DNA of 64,000 nucleotides from an uncultured Gammaproteobacteria bacterium (GTDB lineage Bacteria; Pseudomonadota; Gammaproteobacteria; JAAEPA01). The notes beneath the pieces were generated by a model. That model was given only the letters and a program-made list of their open reading frames with translations, was not told the origin of the DNA and did not search any database. The stretch spans positions 39,792 through 103,791 of the forward strand of contig CAVSWL010000006.1 of NCBI GenBank assembly GCA_963731655.1, written 5' to 3'. The translations under genes were made by a program, and so were the position numbers. Below are positions 31,356 through 41,750 of this stretch, piece after piece; position 1 is the stretch's first letter, and every line of letters begins with the position of its first letter.

Positions 31356-32000
31356 ATGACACTTGCAAAACACATGATACTCAGCACAACGGCCACCGCC
31401 GTGCTGCTGGGCGCCCTGGCCACCGCCTCGCTCGCCCACGCCGGCGGGGAAAACCCCTATGTTACCGACTCCGAAGGTCAGCCGGTTCGAACGGAAAACA
31501 GTGGCTGCGTGCATTCCCGAGCCTGGAAGGACTCCATGCCCACGTGCCCCGAGCCGACACTCGTCGTAGAAGAAGGCAAATCCAGGATCGTGTTTGCGGT
31601 CGATGATGCTGAGTTCTTCGGCTTCGACCAGGTCAAGCTCAGCGACGAGGTCAAGGCGGATCTGGACGCCGTGGTGAATTCGGTCGAGAATGTAGATATG
31701 ATTCACGGCATCACCGTCACCGGGCACGCCGATCAGATTGGCCCGGCTCCCTACAACGAGCAGCTCGCCCTACACCGGGCCCAAGCAGTAAAGGACTATC
31801 TGGTAACCAAAGGTATCCCGGCAAATCGCGTCCAAGCCCTGAGCAACAGCAGCAGCAAACCGCTGGTTAGCTGTCCCGGCATAAAGAACGAGCGCAAGCT
31901 CATCCGCTGCCTGGCGCCCAATCGCCGGGTAGACATCGAAGCCCTGCTAGCGGACACGGTGGACATCGCCAACGTCAATCTCGTACCGCCTGCCGATTGA
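31356..32000 (+). CDS. OmpA-family protein (signal peptide plus C-terminal OmpA/MotB peptidoglycan-binding domain)
   Basis: Signal peptide. C-terminus has TGHADQIGPAPYNEQLALHRAQAVKDYL, the classic OmpA-like motif (D..G...YN..LS.RRA). Confidence 0.8.
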   Translation: MTLAKHMILSTTATAVLLGALATASLAHAGGENPYVTDSEGQPVRTENSGCVHSRAWKDSMPTCPEPTLVVEEGKSRIVFAVDDAEFFGFDQVKLSDEVKADLDAVVNSVENVDMIHGITVTGHADQIGPAPYNEQLALHRAQAVKDYLVTKGIPANRVQALSNSSSKPLVSCPGIKNERKLIRCLAPNRRVDIEALLADTVDIANVNLVPPAD

Positions 32001-32046
32001 TGTTCTACGGGTTGTCATTCCAGCAGCCCGATCATCCTCCTTGCAG

Positions 32047-32080
32047 TACCCCCCTTCCCCCGGTAGCACAACAAACCGGG
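32047..32080 (+). terminator. Rho-independent terminator downstream of the OmpA-family gene
   Basis: CCCCCGGT-(10 nt loop)-ACCGGGGG stem followed by ATTTTTTA. Confidence 0.55.
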
Positions 32081-32087
32081 GGATTTT

Positions 32088-32393
32088 TTACGTTGCCGCA
32101 AACGGGTCGATGTGTCCGCCCAAATGATTCCAGTTCGCCTGGCCGAAGCGGGTATACCAGGTAATCACGATAGGCACCCCCGTGGCGCTACCCAGGGTGC
32201 GCACCAGGTTGAATAGTCCCGCACCGGCATCCGCCTGCTCTGGAGCCAAGGTTACGTTGGCCATGGAGGACAGGGGGACGAAGATCGCCCCCATCCCTAA
32301 GCCCTGCTCGATACCCGGCCAGACGATCCAGTCGGGACTGATGTTTAGGTTATACCAGGACATACTCCAGGAGCCGAGGGCGGCCAGAACCAT
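32088..32393 (-). pseudogene. C-terminal fragment (~100 aa) of a DHA2-type MFS efflux transporter
   Basis: Resembles the last two TM helices and tail of EmrB/QacA-type pumps (GMGAIFVPLSSMANVTL...LGSATGVPIVITWYTRF). No upstream continuation; upstream frames are nonsense. Confidence 0.45.
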
Positions 32394-32781
32394 GCCTGTT
32401 CAATACCTTGCTCGCGCCTGTTAACTCCTATTCCGGCGCACGCCAGCCGCACGGTCCGGAGCGTTTCCCTGTTTTATACAAGCCATCGTAGTTGGTTGAT
32501 TCCAACCTTTGTTGCGCAATATACCCCGCCGGAGTCTCACCCGTCGACGATCGCTGCGGGATTCCTTGCCAAAATCCATCGGGCATTCGAGCTGGCATAT
32601 GTTATGCGGATAAACCAGGCATGCGCAGGCCATCTCCAGACGGCTTGCGAAGGGAAGGCCATTCATTAGGCTCCAATCCACACACGATGACGACACAGTA
32701 CATCCAAACCCCGAGATCGTGTTCACCTACGCAGACGCCTATCTCGAAAACGGCATGATCTCGCCTTAGTGGGATACACTC

Positions 32782-35274
32782 ATGATTAAGAACATCGACA
32801 GCCAAGACGCGGAAAAACGCTCCACCGACCAGCTTTTCACGCAATTGGAAAGTTCGGCGCAGGGTCTCGCTACGGCCGAGGCACAGGCGCGTCTCGAAAA
32901 GTTCGGCCGCAACGCCCTCGAGGAGAGAAAGGTCAGCCCGCTGATGAAGTTTCTGGGCTACTTCTGGGGACCGATCCCGTGGATGATCGAAATCGCCGCC
33001 ATTCTCTCTGCACTGGTCCGGCACTGGGCCGATTTCGTCATCATTCTCGTCTTGCTGGTCTTTAATGCCGTCATTGGCTTCTGGCAGGAATTCAAGGCCG
33101 CCAATGCGCTGGAAGCGCTCAAGCGTCAGCTGGCGCTCAAGGCGCGCGCGCGGCGCGATGGACAGTGGGGCGAAGTCGATGCGGCCGAGTTGGTGCCCGG
33201 CGACGTCATTCGCCTGCGCTTGGGCGATATCATTCCTGCGGATGCGAAACTCATCGAGGGCGATTATCTCAGCGTGGATCAGTCCGCGCTCACTGGCGAG
33301 TCGCTACCGGTAGACAAGAAGGCGGGCGAGATCGCTTACTCCGGGTCGGTGGCCAAACAGGGCGAGATGGTCGCGCTGGTCACCGCCACCGGCGGCGACA
33401 CTTTCTTCGGACGCACCGCCAAACTGGTGGAGGGTGCCGGTGCGCCGTCACACTTCCAGAAAGCGGTTTTGGCTATCGGCGACTATCTCATCTACCTGAG
33501 CCTGGGCTTGGTCGCGATCCTGATTATTGTGCAATTGCACCGCGGCACCCCTCTGCTTGAGCTGGCGCAGTTCGCGCTGATCCTGACAGTAGCCTCCATT
33601 CCCGTCGCGATGCCTGCCGTGCTGTCAGTGACCCTGGCAGTAGGTGCGCAGGTGCTATCCAGAATGAAGGCGATAGTCTCGCGCCTGCAGTCGATCGAGG
33701 AGATGGCCGGCATCGATATTCTGTGCTCGGACAAAACAGGTACACTCACGCAGAACAATCTTACCTTAGGTGAACCTGAAGTCTTTGCAGCGGCCGATAC
33801 ACAGGAGCTAATTGTTACCGCGGCGCTGGCTTCCAGGGAGGAGAACAACGATGCCATCGACTTGGCCGTCATCGCCGGTCTGACCGATCAAAGTGCACTC
33901 GAACCCTACAGCTCAACCCGTTTCGTACCCTTCGACCCGGTAAATAAGCGTACCGAAGCGTATATCGAGGGCCCCGACGGCCAACGCTTCAAAGTCACCA
34001 AAGGCGCACCACAGGTCATCCTCGAGCTGAGCAAGGTTAATCCGGCTACCGCCGATCGCGCGGGCAAGATCATCGATAACCTAGCCGCCAAGGGTTATCG
34101 CACGCTCGGTGTGGCGCGCATGGATGACGGCCAACACTGGCAGTTCGCGGGTATCCTGCCGCTGTTCGACCCGCCGCGCGAGGACTCCGAAGAAACGATT
34201 CGGCAGGCAGAAGCGCATGGCGTCAAGGTCAAGATGGTCACCGGCGACAATACCGCAATCGCCCGCGAAACCGCCGATCAACTGGGAATGGGCAGAAACA
34301 TTCAGCCGGCCACAGCACTGTTCGACGGCGACGGTAGCCGGCCGCCGCTGGACGCCGCCGAGCGCATCGAAAAAGCCGACGGTTTCGCACAGGTTTTCCC
34401 CGAGCACAAGTACGCCATCGTGAAGGCCCTGCAAGAACGCAACCACCTGGTCGCCATGACCGGTGACGGCGTCAATGACGCGCCCGCCCTCAAACAGGCA
34501 GACGTCGGCATTGCAGTCTCCGGCGCCACCGACGCTGCCCGCGCCGCCGCCGACCTTATCCTCACGGCGCCAGGACTATCCACCATTATCCATGCCATTG
34601 AAGAGGCACGACGTATCTTCGAACGCATGAATGCCTATGCGATCTACCGCATCACGGAAACGATACGCATCATGATCTTTATGGTGGCGGCGATGCTTGC
34701 ATTTAATACCTATCCGATCACCGCCATCATGATCATTTTGCTAGCCTTACTCAATGACCTGCCGATCATGACCATAGCCTTGGACAACACCTGGCTGGAT
34801 CCGCGCCCTGTACGCTGGCAAATGCATCGGGTTCTGACACTGGCAACCTTACTCGGCCTTATCGGTGTAGGTGAAACCTTCCTGCTGCTCATCATCGTGA
34901 AGAGCTGGTTGGTTCTTCCAATGACAGTCATTCAGACTATCATTTTTCTCAAACTATCAATTGCGGGTCACCTGACCCTGTTCGTGGCGCGCACGAACCG
35001 CCCGATGCTGTCGCGACCGTTCCCCGCCCCCTTGCTTATAGGAGCCATCTTTGGCACCCAGATTATCGCCGCGCTGATAGCCGGGTTCGGAATACTGATA
35101 GAACCCATCCCCTGGTCATACATTGGCCTGATCTGGGTCTATTGTCTGGCATGGGTATTCATAGAAGACCTGGCTAAGCTCTCAATATACAACCGTTTCC
35201 GCCGGACGGCGCCCCGTCATCGCAGTTTCCTCCACGTCCTGGGTACCCGTGTGCACCCGCAGGCCCGTCCATGA
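32782..35274 (+). CDS. Plasma-membrane-type proton-efflux P-type ATPase (P3A-like)
   Basis: [15 protein letters not shown] phosphorylation motif, [20 protein letters not shown], and [34 protein letters not shown]. Ten TM segments. Closer to fungal/plant/archaeal H+-ATPases than to MgtA. Confidence 0.8.
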   Translation: MIKNIDSQDAEKRSTDQLFTQLESSAQGLATAEAQARLEKFGRNALEERKVSPLMKFLGYFWGPIPWMIEIAAILSALVRHWADFVIILVLLVFNAVIGFWQEFKAANALEALKRQLALKARARRDGQWGEVDAAELVPGDVIRLRLGDIIPADAKLIEGDYLSVDQSALTGESLPVDKKAGEIAYSGSVAKQGEMVALVTATGGDTFFGRTAKLVEGAGAPSHFQKAVLAIGDYLIYLSLGLVAILIIVQLHRGTPLLELAQFALILTVASIPVAMPAVLSVTLAVGAQVLSRMKAIVSRLQSIEEMAGIDILCSDKTGTLTQNNLTLGEPEVFAAADTQELIVTAALASREENNDAIDLAVIAGLTDQSALEPYSSTRFVPFDPVNKRTEAYIEGPDGQRFKVTKGAPQVILELSKVNPATADRAGKIIDNLAAKGYRTLGVARMDDGQHWQFAGILPLFDPPREDSEETIRQAEAHGVKVKMVTGDNTAIARETADQLGMGRNIQPATALFDGDGSRPPLDAAERIEKADGFAQVFPEHKYAIVKALQERNHLVAMTGDGVNDAPALKQADVGIAVSGATDAARAAADLILTAPGLSTIIHAIEEARRIFERMNAYAIYRITETIRIMIFMVAAMLAFNTYPITAIMIILLALLNDLPIMTIALDNTWLDPRPVRWQMHRVLTLATLLGLIGVGETFLLLIIVKSWLVLPMTVIQTIIFLKLSIAGHLTLFVARTNRPMLSRPFPAPLLIGAIFGTQIIAALIAGFGILIEPIPWSYIGLIWVYCLAWVFIEDLAKLSIYNRFRRTAPRHRSFLHVLGTRVHPQARP

Positions 35275-35486
35275 GTATTCAACAGATTCACCTGCAGGAG
35301 CCGCTGAACAATCCACTGAACGCCGAGCTCCGGCTAGTGCGCCATGGCGAGACCGAATGGTCCAGGAGCCTGCGACACACCGGCCGCACCGATATTCCTC
35401 TGACCGACGGTGGACGCCTCAGGGCGCGGGCGCTCAAGACCTATCTCGCTTCTCAGCCCTTTGTAAACGAACACGATGTGAGGTAA
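35271..35486 (+). pseudogene. N-terminal ~70 aa fragment of a histidine phosphatase (phosphoglycerate mutase family) protein
   Basis: RHGETEWS (RHG catalytic motif) ... TDIPLTDGG, then a stop after 71 aa; family members are ~200 aa. Confidence 0.5.
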
Positions 35487-35492
35487 ATCATC

Positions 35493-37880
35493 ATGACTAG
35501 ACTAGAAGACGCACCCAATCCCTTGAGCCCCTCAGAGCTCGAGACCATCGACGCCTACTGGCGCGCTTCCCTGTACCTCTGCGCGGGCATGCTGTATCTA
35601 AAGGATAATCCCCTGCTCAAGGAGCCGCTCAAAATCGAGCACGTTAAAAAGCGTTTACTGGGCCATTGGGGCTCGGACCCAGGCCAGACCCTTGTCTGGA
35701 CGCACTTGAATCGAATGATCCGCGAACAGGACCTCGACATGATCTTCATCTCCGGTCCCGGCCATGGCGCGCCCTCGGTACTCTCTCAGGCATGGCTCGA
35801 AGGCACCTATGGCGAGATCTACCCGGACAAGGGCCAGGGCGAGGACGGCATCAAGCGCTTCTTCCAGCAGTTCTCCTTCCCGGGGGGCATCGGCAGCCAC
35901 TGCACGCCGGAGACGCCGGGTTCCCTCCACGAAGGCGGTGAACTGGGCTACAGCCTGTCCCACGCCTTCGGCGTGGCTTTCGACAACCCGGAGCTGATCG
36001 TGGCCTGCATGGTCGGTGATGGGGAATCCGAGACCGGCCCACTGGCCACCGCCTGGCACGGCAACAAGTTCCTCAATCCGGCGCGGGACGGGGCCGTGCT
36101 GCCCATCTTGCACCTCAACGGCTACAAGATCGCCAACCCGACCGTGCTCGCGCGGATTAGCCATGAGCACCTGGAAAGCCTGATGCGCGGTTACGGCTAT
36201 GCACCTTATTTCGTTGAAGGCGATGAACCGGAGGCAGTACACCAGGTGCTTGCCGCGACCCTGGACGTGGTGATGGGCGAGATTCGTGCAATCCAGAACA
36301 GAGCCCGCGCCGAGGGTACGCAAGACCTGCCCGAGTGGCCCATGATTGTGCTGCGCACCCCCAAGGGCTGGACCGGCCCCAAAGAGGTCGACGGTCACAA
36401 GGTGGAAGGTTTTTGGCGCGCCCACCAGATTCCCCTGGACCCGCACCGCGATCCCGCGCATTTGCGTCAACTGGAGTCGTGGCTCAAGAGCTACCAGCCC
36501 GAGCGCTTGTTTACCGAAGACGGCTGCCTCGTTCCAGAGCTGATCGAGCTTATCCCAAAGGGACCGCGGCGGATTAGCGCCCATCCGGTAACCAATGGCG
36601 GCCTGCTGCGCAAGGCGCTGGTACTGCCCGACTTCCATGACTACGCGGTCGAGGTGGCGCGGCCGGGTGAAGCCAGCGAAGAGAACACACGCCCGACCGG
36701 GCGACTGCTGCGCGATGTGATGCATGCCAACCCGGACAATTTCCGCTTCTTCTGCCCGGACGAGACCGCCTCCAACCGCTTGGACGACATCTACCAGGCG
36801 AGCGGTAAGGCCTGGATGGCCGAGATCCGGCCCGAGGACGCCGACGGCTCGCACCTGGCGCGCGATGGCCGGGTGATGGAGATCCTCTCCGAGCACACCC
36901 TGGAGGGTTGGCTTGAGGGCTATCTACTCTCGGGCCGGCATGGCTTCTTCGCCTCCTACGAGGCCTTCATCCATGTCATTGACTCGATGTTCAACCAGCA
37001 TGCGAAGTGGTTGGAGAAATCGCTGGAAATCCCCTGGCGAGCGCCGGTCTCCTCGCTGAACATCCTGGTAACCTCCACCGTCTGGCGGCAGGACCACAAC
37101 GGCTTTTCCCATCAAGACCCGGGATTCCTCGATTTGGTCACCAACAAGAGCCCGCGGGTCACGCGCATCTACCTGCCGCCAGACGCGAACTGTCTGCTCT
37201 CGGTTGCGGACCATTGCCTGGACAGCACCGACAAGATCAACATCATCGTCGTCGACAAGCAGAAGCACCTGCAGTACCTGCCGATGGATCAGGCCATCGT
37301 GCACTGTACTAAGGGCATCGGCATCTGGGAGTGGGCGAGCAGCGATCAGGATGGTGAACCCGACCTGGTGATGGCCTGCGCGGGCGACGTACCCACCATG
37401 GAGGCGCTCGCGGCCACCGCCCTGCTGCGCGAGCATTTCCCAGCGCTCAAGGTGCGCTTCGTTAACGTGATGGATCTGTTCCGCCTGGTGCCGGCGAGCG
37501 AGCACGAACACGGCCTTTCCGACGCCGATTTCGACAGCTTGTTCACCCGCGACAAGCCGGTGATCTTCAACTTCCACGGCTATCCCTGGTTGATCCACAA
37601 GCTCACCTACCGGCGCGCCAACACCCGCAACATCCACGTGCGCGGTTACAAGGAGCAGGGCAACATCAATACCCCGATGGAGCTGGCCATCCGCAACCAG
37701 ATCGACCGTTTCAACCTGGTGATCGACGCCATCGACCGGGTACCGGCGCTCAGCGTTGCCGGGGCGCACGTGAAGGAACATATGAAGGACGCGATCCTCG
37801 AATGCCAGCGCTTCGCCTACACCGAGGGTTTCGACCGGCCCGAATTTTCGGATTGGCAATGGTTGACGGGCTCTCAATAA
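35493..37880 (+). CDS. xfp: Xylulose-5-phosphate/fructose-6-phosphate phosphoketolase
   Basis: 795 aa. N-terminus [23 protein letters not shown] and TPP-binding GHGAPS...[19 protein letters not shown] motifs are characteristic of XFP. Confidence 0.9.
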   Translation: MTRLEDAPNPLSPSELETIDAYWRASLYLCAGMLYLKDNPLLKEPLKIEHVKKRLLGHWGSDPGQTLVWTHLNRMIREQDLDMIFISGPGHGAPSVLSQAWLEGTYGEIYPDKGQGEDGIKRFFQQFSFPGGIGSHCTPETPGSLHEGGELGYSLSHAFGVAFDNPELIVACMVGDGESETGPLATAWHGNKFLNPARDGAVLPILHLNGYKIANPTVLARISHEHLESLMRGYGYAPYFVEGDEPEAVHQVLAATLDVVMGEIRAIQNRARAEGTQDLPEWPMIVLRTPKGWTGPKEVDGHKVEGFWRAHQIPLDPHRDPAHLRQLESWLKSYQPERLFTEDGCLVPELIELIPKGPRRISAHPVTNGGLLRKALVLPDFHDYAVEVARPGEASEENTRPTGRLLRDVMHANPDNFRFFCPDETASNRLDDIYQASGKAWMAEIRPEDADGSHLARDGRVMEILSEHTLEGWLEGYLLSGRHGFFASYEAFIHVIDSMFNQHAKWLEKSLEIPWRAPVSSLNILVTSTVWRQDHNGFSHQDPGFLDLVTNKSPRVTRIYLPPDANCLLSVADHCLDSTDKINIIVVDKQKHLQYLPMDQAIVHCTKGIGIWEWASSDQDGEPDLVMACAGDVPTMEALAATALLREHFPALKVRFVNVMDLFRLVPASEHEHGLSDADFDSLFTRDKPVIFNFHGYPWLIHKLTYRRANTRNIHVRGYKEQGNINTPMELAIRNQIDRFNLVIDAIDRVPALSVAGAHVKEHMKDAILECQRFAYTEGFDRPEFSDWQWLTGSQ

Positions 37881-38175
37881 GAATGAACGGTAATTCAGAA
37901 AATTGGACGGCGTCAAGCCATCGCTACCCTCCTATTCAGTGCGAAAACTCAATATACCGACACTGTGAAACGCTTCGGCATTCATTCGCTCTGGATCGGT
38001 ATCGTATTGATCGCGCTCGGCTCGATCGGCGTGATCGCGCCTCTTTTCATGGCTAGGATCACCGAGCTACTCCTGACGGGTATTCTAGTTAGCGGCGGCA
38101 TTTTGTGGATTTGGCATAGCATCCGCTCTGGCGCGGCCTGGACCGATTGGCTTACACCCCTAATGATGAGTCTGC

Positions 38176-39561
38176 TCATTCAGGTAGTAACGATAATAGC
38201 GACGGATCTTCCAGCAACTTATGAGCCAAGATAAGAGCAGCGGCGGACCAGGTCTGATTGAGGTTGGCGCGGCGGCCAATAAGGCGCCCCCACTTGCCAT
38301 CGTAGTACTCCGGCCACTGGTCCCGCGGCAGGCGGTTGACGGCAAGCGCGAAGGCGCGTTCCGCGAGCCTCCGGCGACCACTCTTCAGGGCCGCGGCAAC
38401 CAAACTCCACAACAGCACCGGCCAGTTTCCGGCGTTGTGGTAAGACCAAGGTACGTTCTTAGGATCACTCCCAGTAAGCAATCGCCACGCGCTACCGGTA
38501 AACGCAGGATAACAGAGCTTGAGCGGCATGGCGCCCACCAGGTCGGACCAACGGGCCTCGATGAGGTCCATGATGCGCGCCGCTTGCTGGTCAGTCGCAA
38601 GCCCAAACAGGATCGCCAGCAAATTGCCCTGGGCAAAGAAGCGAAAATCCATACGGCCGGGCCCCAAGTTGCCCACCAAGTAACCCGCCTCGTCCGGCAA
38701 CCACTCGATGAGCCATTCCGGGACCGATTCCGGATAGATGTTGAGCATGTTGACACCCCCATTGCCGAACTCCTCAGTTGGAAAGCGGTGAATCTCGCTC
38801 AGCCGTTGCAGATCGAGCCAGTAGAATAGGCGCAGGTAGCTACGAAGCCGTTGCAACCGCTGCTCGCCGAGTGCGATCAGCTGGCGGTTCTCAGCGGTAG
38901 GCGCCACGTAGTGTAACGCACGGCGCAAAGCGGCGTAGAACAGGGCCTGTATCTCCAGCGGGTGGCCATAGACATCTAATCGGCGGTCTACCATGAACGC
39001 AGCATCGGGCACCATCAGGGTGGGGTACACTTCGAACGTCTCGTTGGCACAAAGTCCAAGAACCCGTTTGAGGTTGCGTTGCACGTCCTGGCGCGCCGCG
39101 AGGGTCCCGTCACCGGAGGCCTGCACGGTGGCGCACAACAAGATGGTCCACCATAGGATGGCATCGACCGGCGCCACGCGCCCGATAGCGCGATCACCGA
39201 AGTCGCCCTCTATGCGCGCGCTCCCATCTTCATCGGCGATAATACGGAAACTCGCCGGCATCACCGAAGGGTGAATAGAAAGTTCGGGAGCCGAACGCTC
39301 CTGCTCGGTGATTTCAAGCGTTGCCAACAGGAAGTTACGCACAATATCCACCTTCCCATCGACTAGGAAGACCAATCCCGACACCACAAAGTCACGGATG
39401 AAACACTCGCCGTAGTTTTCCGCGGCTAGGGCATTGGGATCGTTAGCCGCCATCGTACCGACGGGCTGCCCCCGGTAGCGCATCACAGCGGCGTTAAGCA
39501 CCCGGTAGGCATTGTCTAGGGCAGCGGTCTTCTTCATGCGGATAGCATCATTGAACAACAC
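38176..39561 (-). CDS. Glycoside hydrolase family 100 alkaline/neutral invertase-like protein
   Basis: YGECFIRDFVVSGLVFLVDGK resembles the GH100 motif YDQVFVRDFVPSALAFL. (alpha/alpha)6-barrel-type sequence of ~460 aa. Confidence 0.7.
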   Translation of the reverse strand: MLFNDAIRMKKTAALDNAYRVLNAAVMRYRGQPVGTMAANDPNALAAENYGECFIRDFVVSGLVFLVDGKVDIVRNFLLATLEITEQERSAPELSIHPSVMPASFRIIADEDGSARIEGDFGDRAIGRVAPVDAILWWTILLCATVQASGDGTLAARQDVQRNLKRVLGLCANETFEVYPTLMVPDAAFMVDRRLDVYGHPLEIQALFYAALRRALHYVAPTAENRQLIALGEQRLQRLRSYLRLFYWLDLQRLSEIHRFPTEEFGNGGVNMLNIYPESVPEWLIEWLPDEAGYLVGNLGPGRMDFRFFAQGNLLAILFGLATDQQAARIMDLIEARWSDLVGAMPLKLCYPAFTGSAWRLLTGSDPKNVPWSYHNAGNWPVLLWSLVAAALKSGRRRLAERAFALAVNRLPRDQWPEYYDGKWGRLIGRRANLNQTWSAAALILAHKLLEDPSLLSLLPE

Positions 39562-39611
39562 GTCTGTGTAACACTCGAGCTTGCAGCCGGTTTGACAACT
39601 ATTTTATTGAA

Positions 39612-39628
39612 AGTCACATCCTGTGACT
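39612..39628. promoter_or_regulatory. Perfect 7-3-7 palindrome AGTCACA-TCC-TGTGACT, 51-67 bp upstream of the GH100 gene start
   Basis: Seen directly in the sequence; candidate operator for a dimeric HTH regulator. Confidence 0.3.
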
Positions 39629-39799
39629 AACGCAGGGCGTTTACGATTCCTCAACAATCGTATTCTACCTGGCCGAACCAAAGCTTCGTTAACGTCAATT
39701 GAAATACATGCAACATATGGACATACCAGGGGATTGCCTGCTTTGTGCAAATTCGCAACCGGTGTTAGTTGAAAATCACCAAGCGAGAACATCTAAAGG

Positions 39800-40315
39800 A
39801 CAATATGACCCAAGCGACTAGCTTCGGTTGTTGCGCCACACTATTGGCTTTGCGCTCGACATCCTCGCTTTCCTGTGCGGCTTCGCCATGATCTGGCACA
39901 TCTGGTGGCTGGCCTTCGGCTTCGCCTTAGGTATATTAGCCACCGTGATCGCTTCCTCCTTCACCGATTACATCGAATACATCATACCCGCCTCCGAGGT
40001 GGAGCGCATCGAGAGCGAGCGCCGCCGGACCCTGGAACAAGTGTGGGCTCGGCAACTGGCCGATACCATCCCTAAACCCGTACCCGTTCTGCAGGTGCAA
40101 ACCATGACCAAAGACGCACACGCAATCGACACCAACCATGGGGCGGAATAGATCACCACGATGCACGGGAGGATCAGGCTTTCGGCTTCTGGCTCTACAT
40201 TCTGAGCGACCTGATCCTGTTCTCGGCGTTGTTCGCCACCTTCGCCGTACAAATGCGCGCCTTCGCCGGCGGCCCCATCGGCAAGGACCTGTTCGACCTG
40301 AGCAAAGGACACTGA
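39800..40315 (+). pseudogene. cyoBC: Remnant of a cytochrome bo3 ubiquinol oxidase operon: last ~70 codons of cyoB followed, frameshifted, by first ~55 codons of cyoC
   Basis: FALDILAFLCGFAMIWHIWWLAFGF matches the CyoB C-terminus (E. coli ...FLGGFAMIWHIWWLA...). [33 protein letters not shown]...[12 protein letters not shown] matches the CyoC N-terminus ([32 protein letters not shown]...GGPTGKDIFEL). No cyoA, rest of cyoB, rest of cyoC or cyoD nearby. Confidence 0.65.
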
Positions 40316-40701
40316 CGGTCTTCAGAATTTCATGTTCCAACAGACGGACATGCTGCGGGCTTTCAGCGAGCACGTGTTGTCCGACATCACAGCGGTCGCC
40401 CGGGTGGGTGTTGACTTCCTTTCACAGACGACGAAGGTGGGTGCCGAAGCTGCGCCCGTGACGCCGGCAAAGCCTAAGGCGGCATAGCATGCCAGCTGCT
40501 TACCCGTGATTAGATCGAGTGGAAGCCACCATCCCGAGGGGATGGTGGCTTCTTCGTTACATTGATTCTTCGTCTCTCGCTCGGTGCTCATCACATCGCG
40601 CGTTTATCTCTCATCGGCACTGCCCCATCCCACCAAGCACTTGAATAATCCGGCGCAAACCAATATATTAGATTTCTCTAATATTCTTTAGGACACAATC
40701 G

Positions 40702-41739
40702 ATGCTTCGTTTTATTACTCTCAGTAGCCTGTTAGCGCTAGCCTTCTCGTCTCAAGCGTTGGCCTTAAAGGTACCATTCAAGACGACCAAAGCGATCGTC
40801 CAGACCGTGAGAAATGAACAGCAGTTCGATGGCTTAGTCGATGCTGTTCAGCAATCCACGATTTCGGCGCAAACCTCCGGACAAGTCGTCGAAGTACTGT
40901 ATGACGTCGATGAATTCGTCGAAAAAAATCAGCTGATCGTGCGGTTACGGGATAAGGATCAACGTGCCCAGTATGACAGGGCGAAGGCTACCTTAGAGGA
41001 AACCTATGCAAGGCTCAAAGAAGCACAGGCCGAGTATACACGGATCGAAAATATTTTCGCACAAAAGCTGGTCTCCGAATCTAAATTTGACAACGCAAAA
41101 GCTGAACTGGAGGCTGCGAAGGCTCGGTGGAATGCCGCCAGGGCTGCCCTCGCCCAAGCCGAGGAACAGCTGGAACGTACCCGAGTGCGCGCGCCTTACA
41201 GTGGGATCGTAACCAAGCGCCATGTGGAACTCGGGGAATCCGTACAACAGGGCCAGCCCCTGATGAGCGGACTGTCGCTAGAGAAGCTGCGCGTCACCGT
41301 CGCCGTGCCGCAGAATCTCATCAATTCCATTCGCACGATTGGCAAGGCAAGTGTTCTTTTAGGGGATAAAGACAATCGGATTATCGCCGCCAATAAGCTG
41401 ACTTTCTTTCCCTATGCCGATAATCTAACCCATACTTTCGATACTCGGATTGAGCTTCCCCAAGGGGTTAACGGCCTGTTTCCAGGGATGTTTGTCAAAG
41501 TGGCTTTTGTGATCGGTGAGAAACAGCAGCTGGTGGTGCCTACCGGCGCCGTGGTCTATCGCGGCGAGGTGACGGGGGTCTACGTAGTGGACTCCGAGGG
41601 ACGCGTCAGCCTGCGGCAAATTCGGCCCGGGCACAGCACCGACGCCGGCTTTACCGAAGTGCTGGCAGGACTTAAAGAAGGGGAAACGATCGCACTGCAA
41701 CCCATCCTGGCCGGCGCTTATCTTAAAGCGCGGCACTAG
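40702..41739 (+). CDS. RND efflux periplasmic adaptor (membrane fusion protein, HlyD family)
   Basis: Signal/anchor, coiled-coil hairpin (EAQAEYTRIEN...AKAELEAAKARWNAARAALAQAEEQLERTRVRAPYSGIV), lipoyl and beta-barrel segments. Confidence 0.85.
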   Translation: MLRFITLSSLLALAFSSQALALKVPFKTTKAIVQTVRNEQQFDGLVDAVQQSTISAQTSGQVVEVLYDVDEFVEKNQLIVRLRDKDQRAQYDRAKATLEETYARLKEAQAEYTRIENIFAQKLVSESKFDNAKAELEAAKARWNAARAALAQAEEQLERTRVRAPYSGIVTKRHVELGESVQQGQPLMSGLSLEKLRVTVAVPQNLINSIRTIGKASVLLGDKDNRIIAANKLTFFPYADNLTHTFDTRIELPQGVNGLFPGMFVKVAFVIGEKQQLVVPTGAVVYRGEVTGVYVVDSEGRVSLRQIRPGHSTDAGFTEVLAGLKEGETIALQPILAGAYLKARH

Positions 41740-41750
41740 GAGAAAACGCC

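Noticed and set aside
35655-37916. Long antisense ORFs (413 aa and 330 aa) opposite the phosphoketolase gene
   Set aside because: They lie entirely inside the strongly conserved xfp coding region on the opposite strand. Their Arg/Ala/Gly-rich low-complexity translation is typical of spurious ORFs in GC-rich DNA.
40333-40488. 51-codon ORF MFQQTDMLRAFSEHVLSDITAVARVGVDFLSQTTKVGAEAAPVTPAKPKAA after the cyo remnant
   Set aside because: Below the size threshold and without a diagnostic motif. It could be a further remnant or a small helical protein and cannot be supported from sequence alone.
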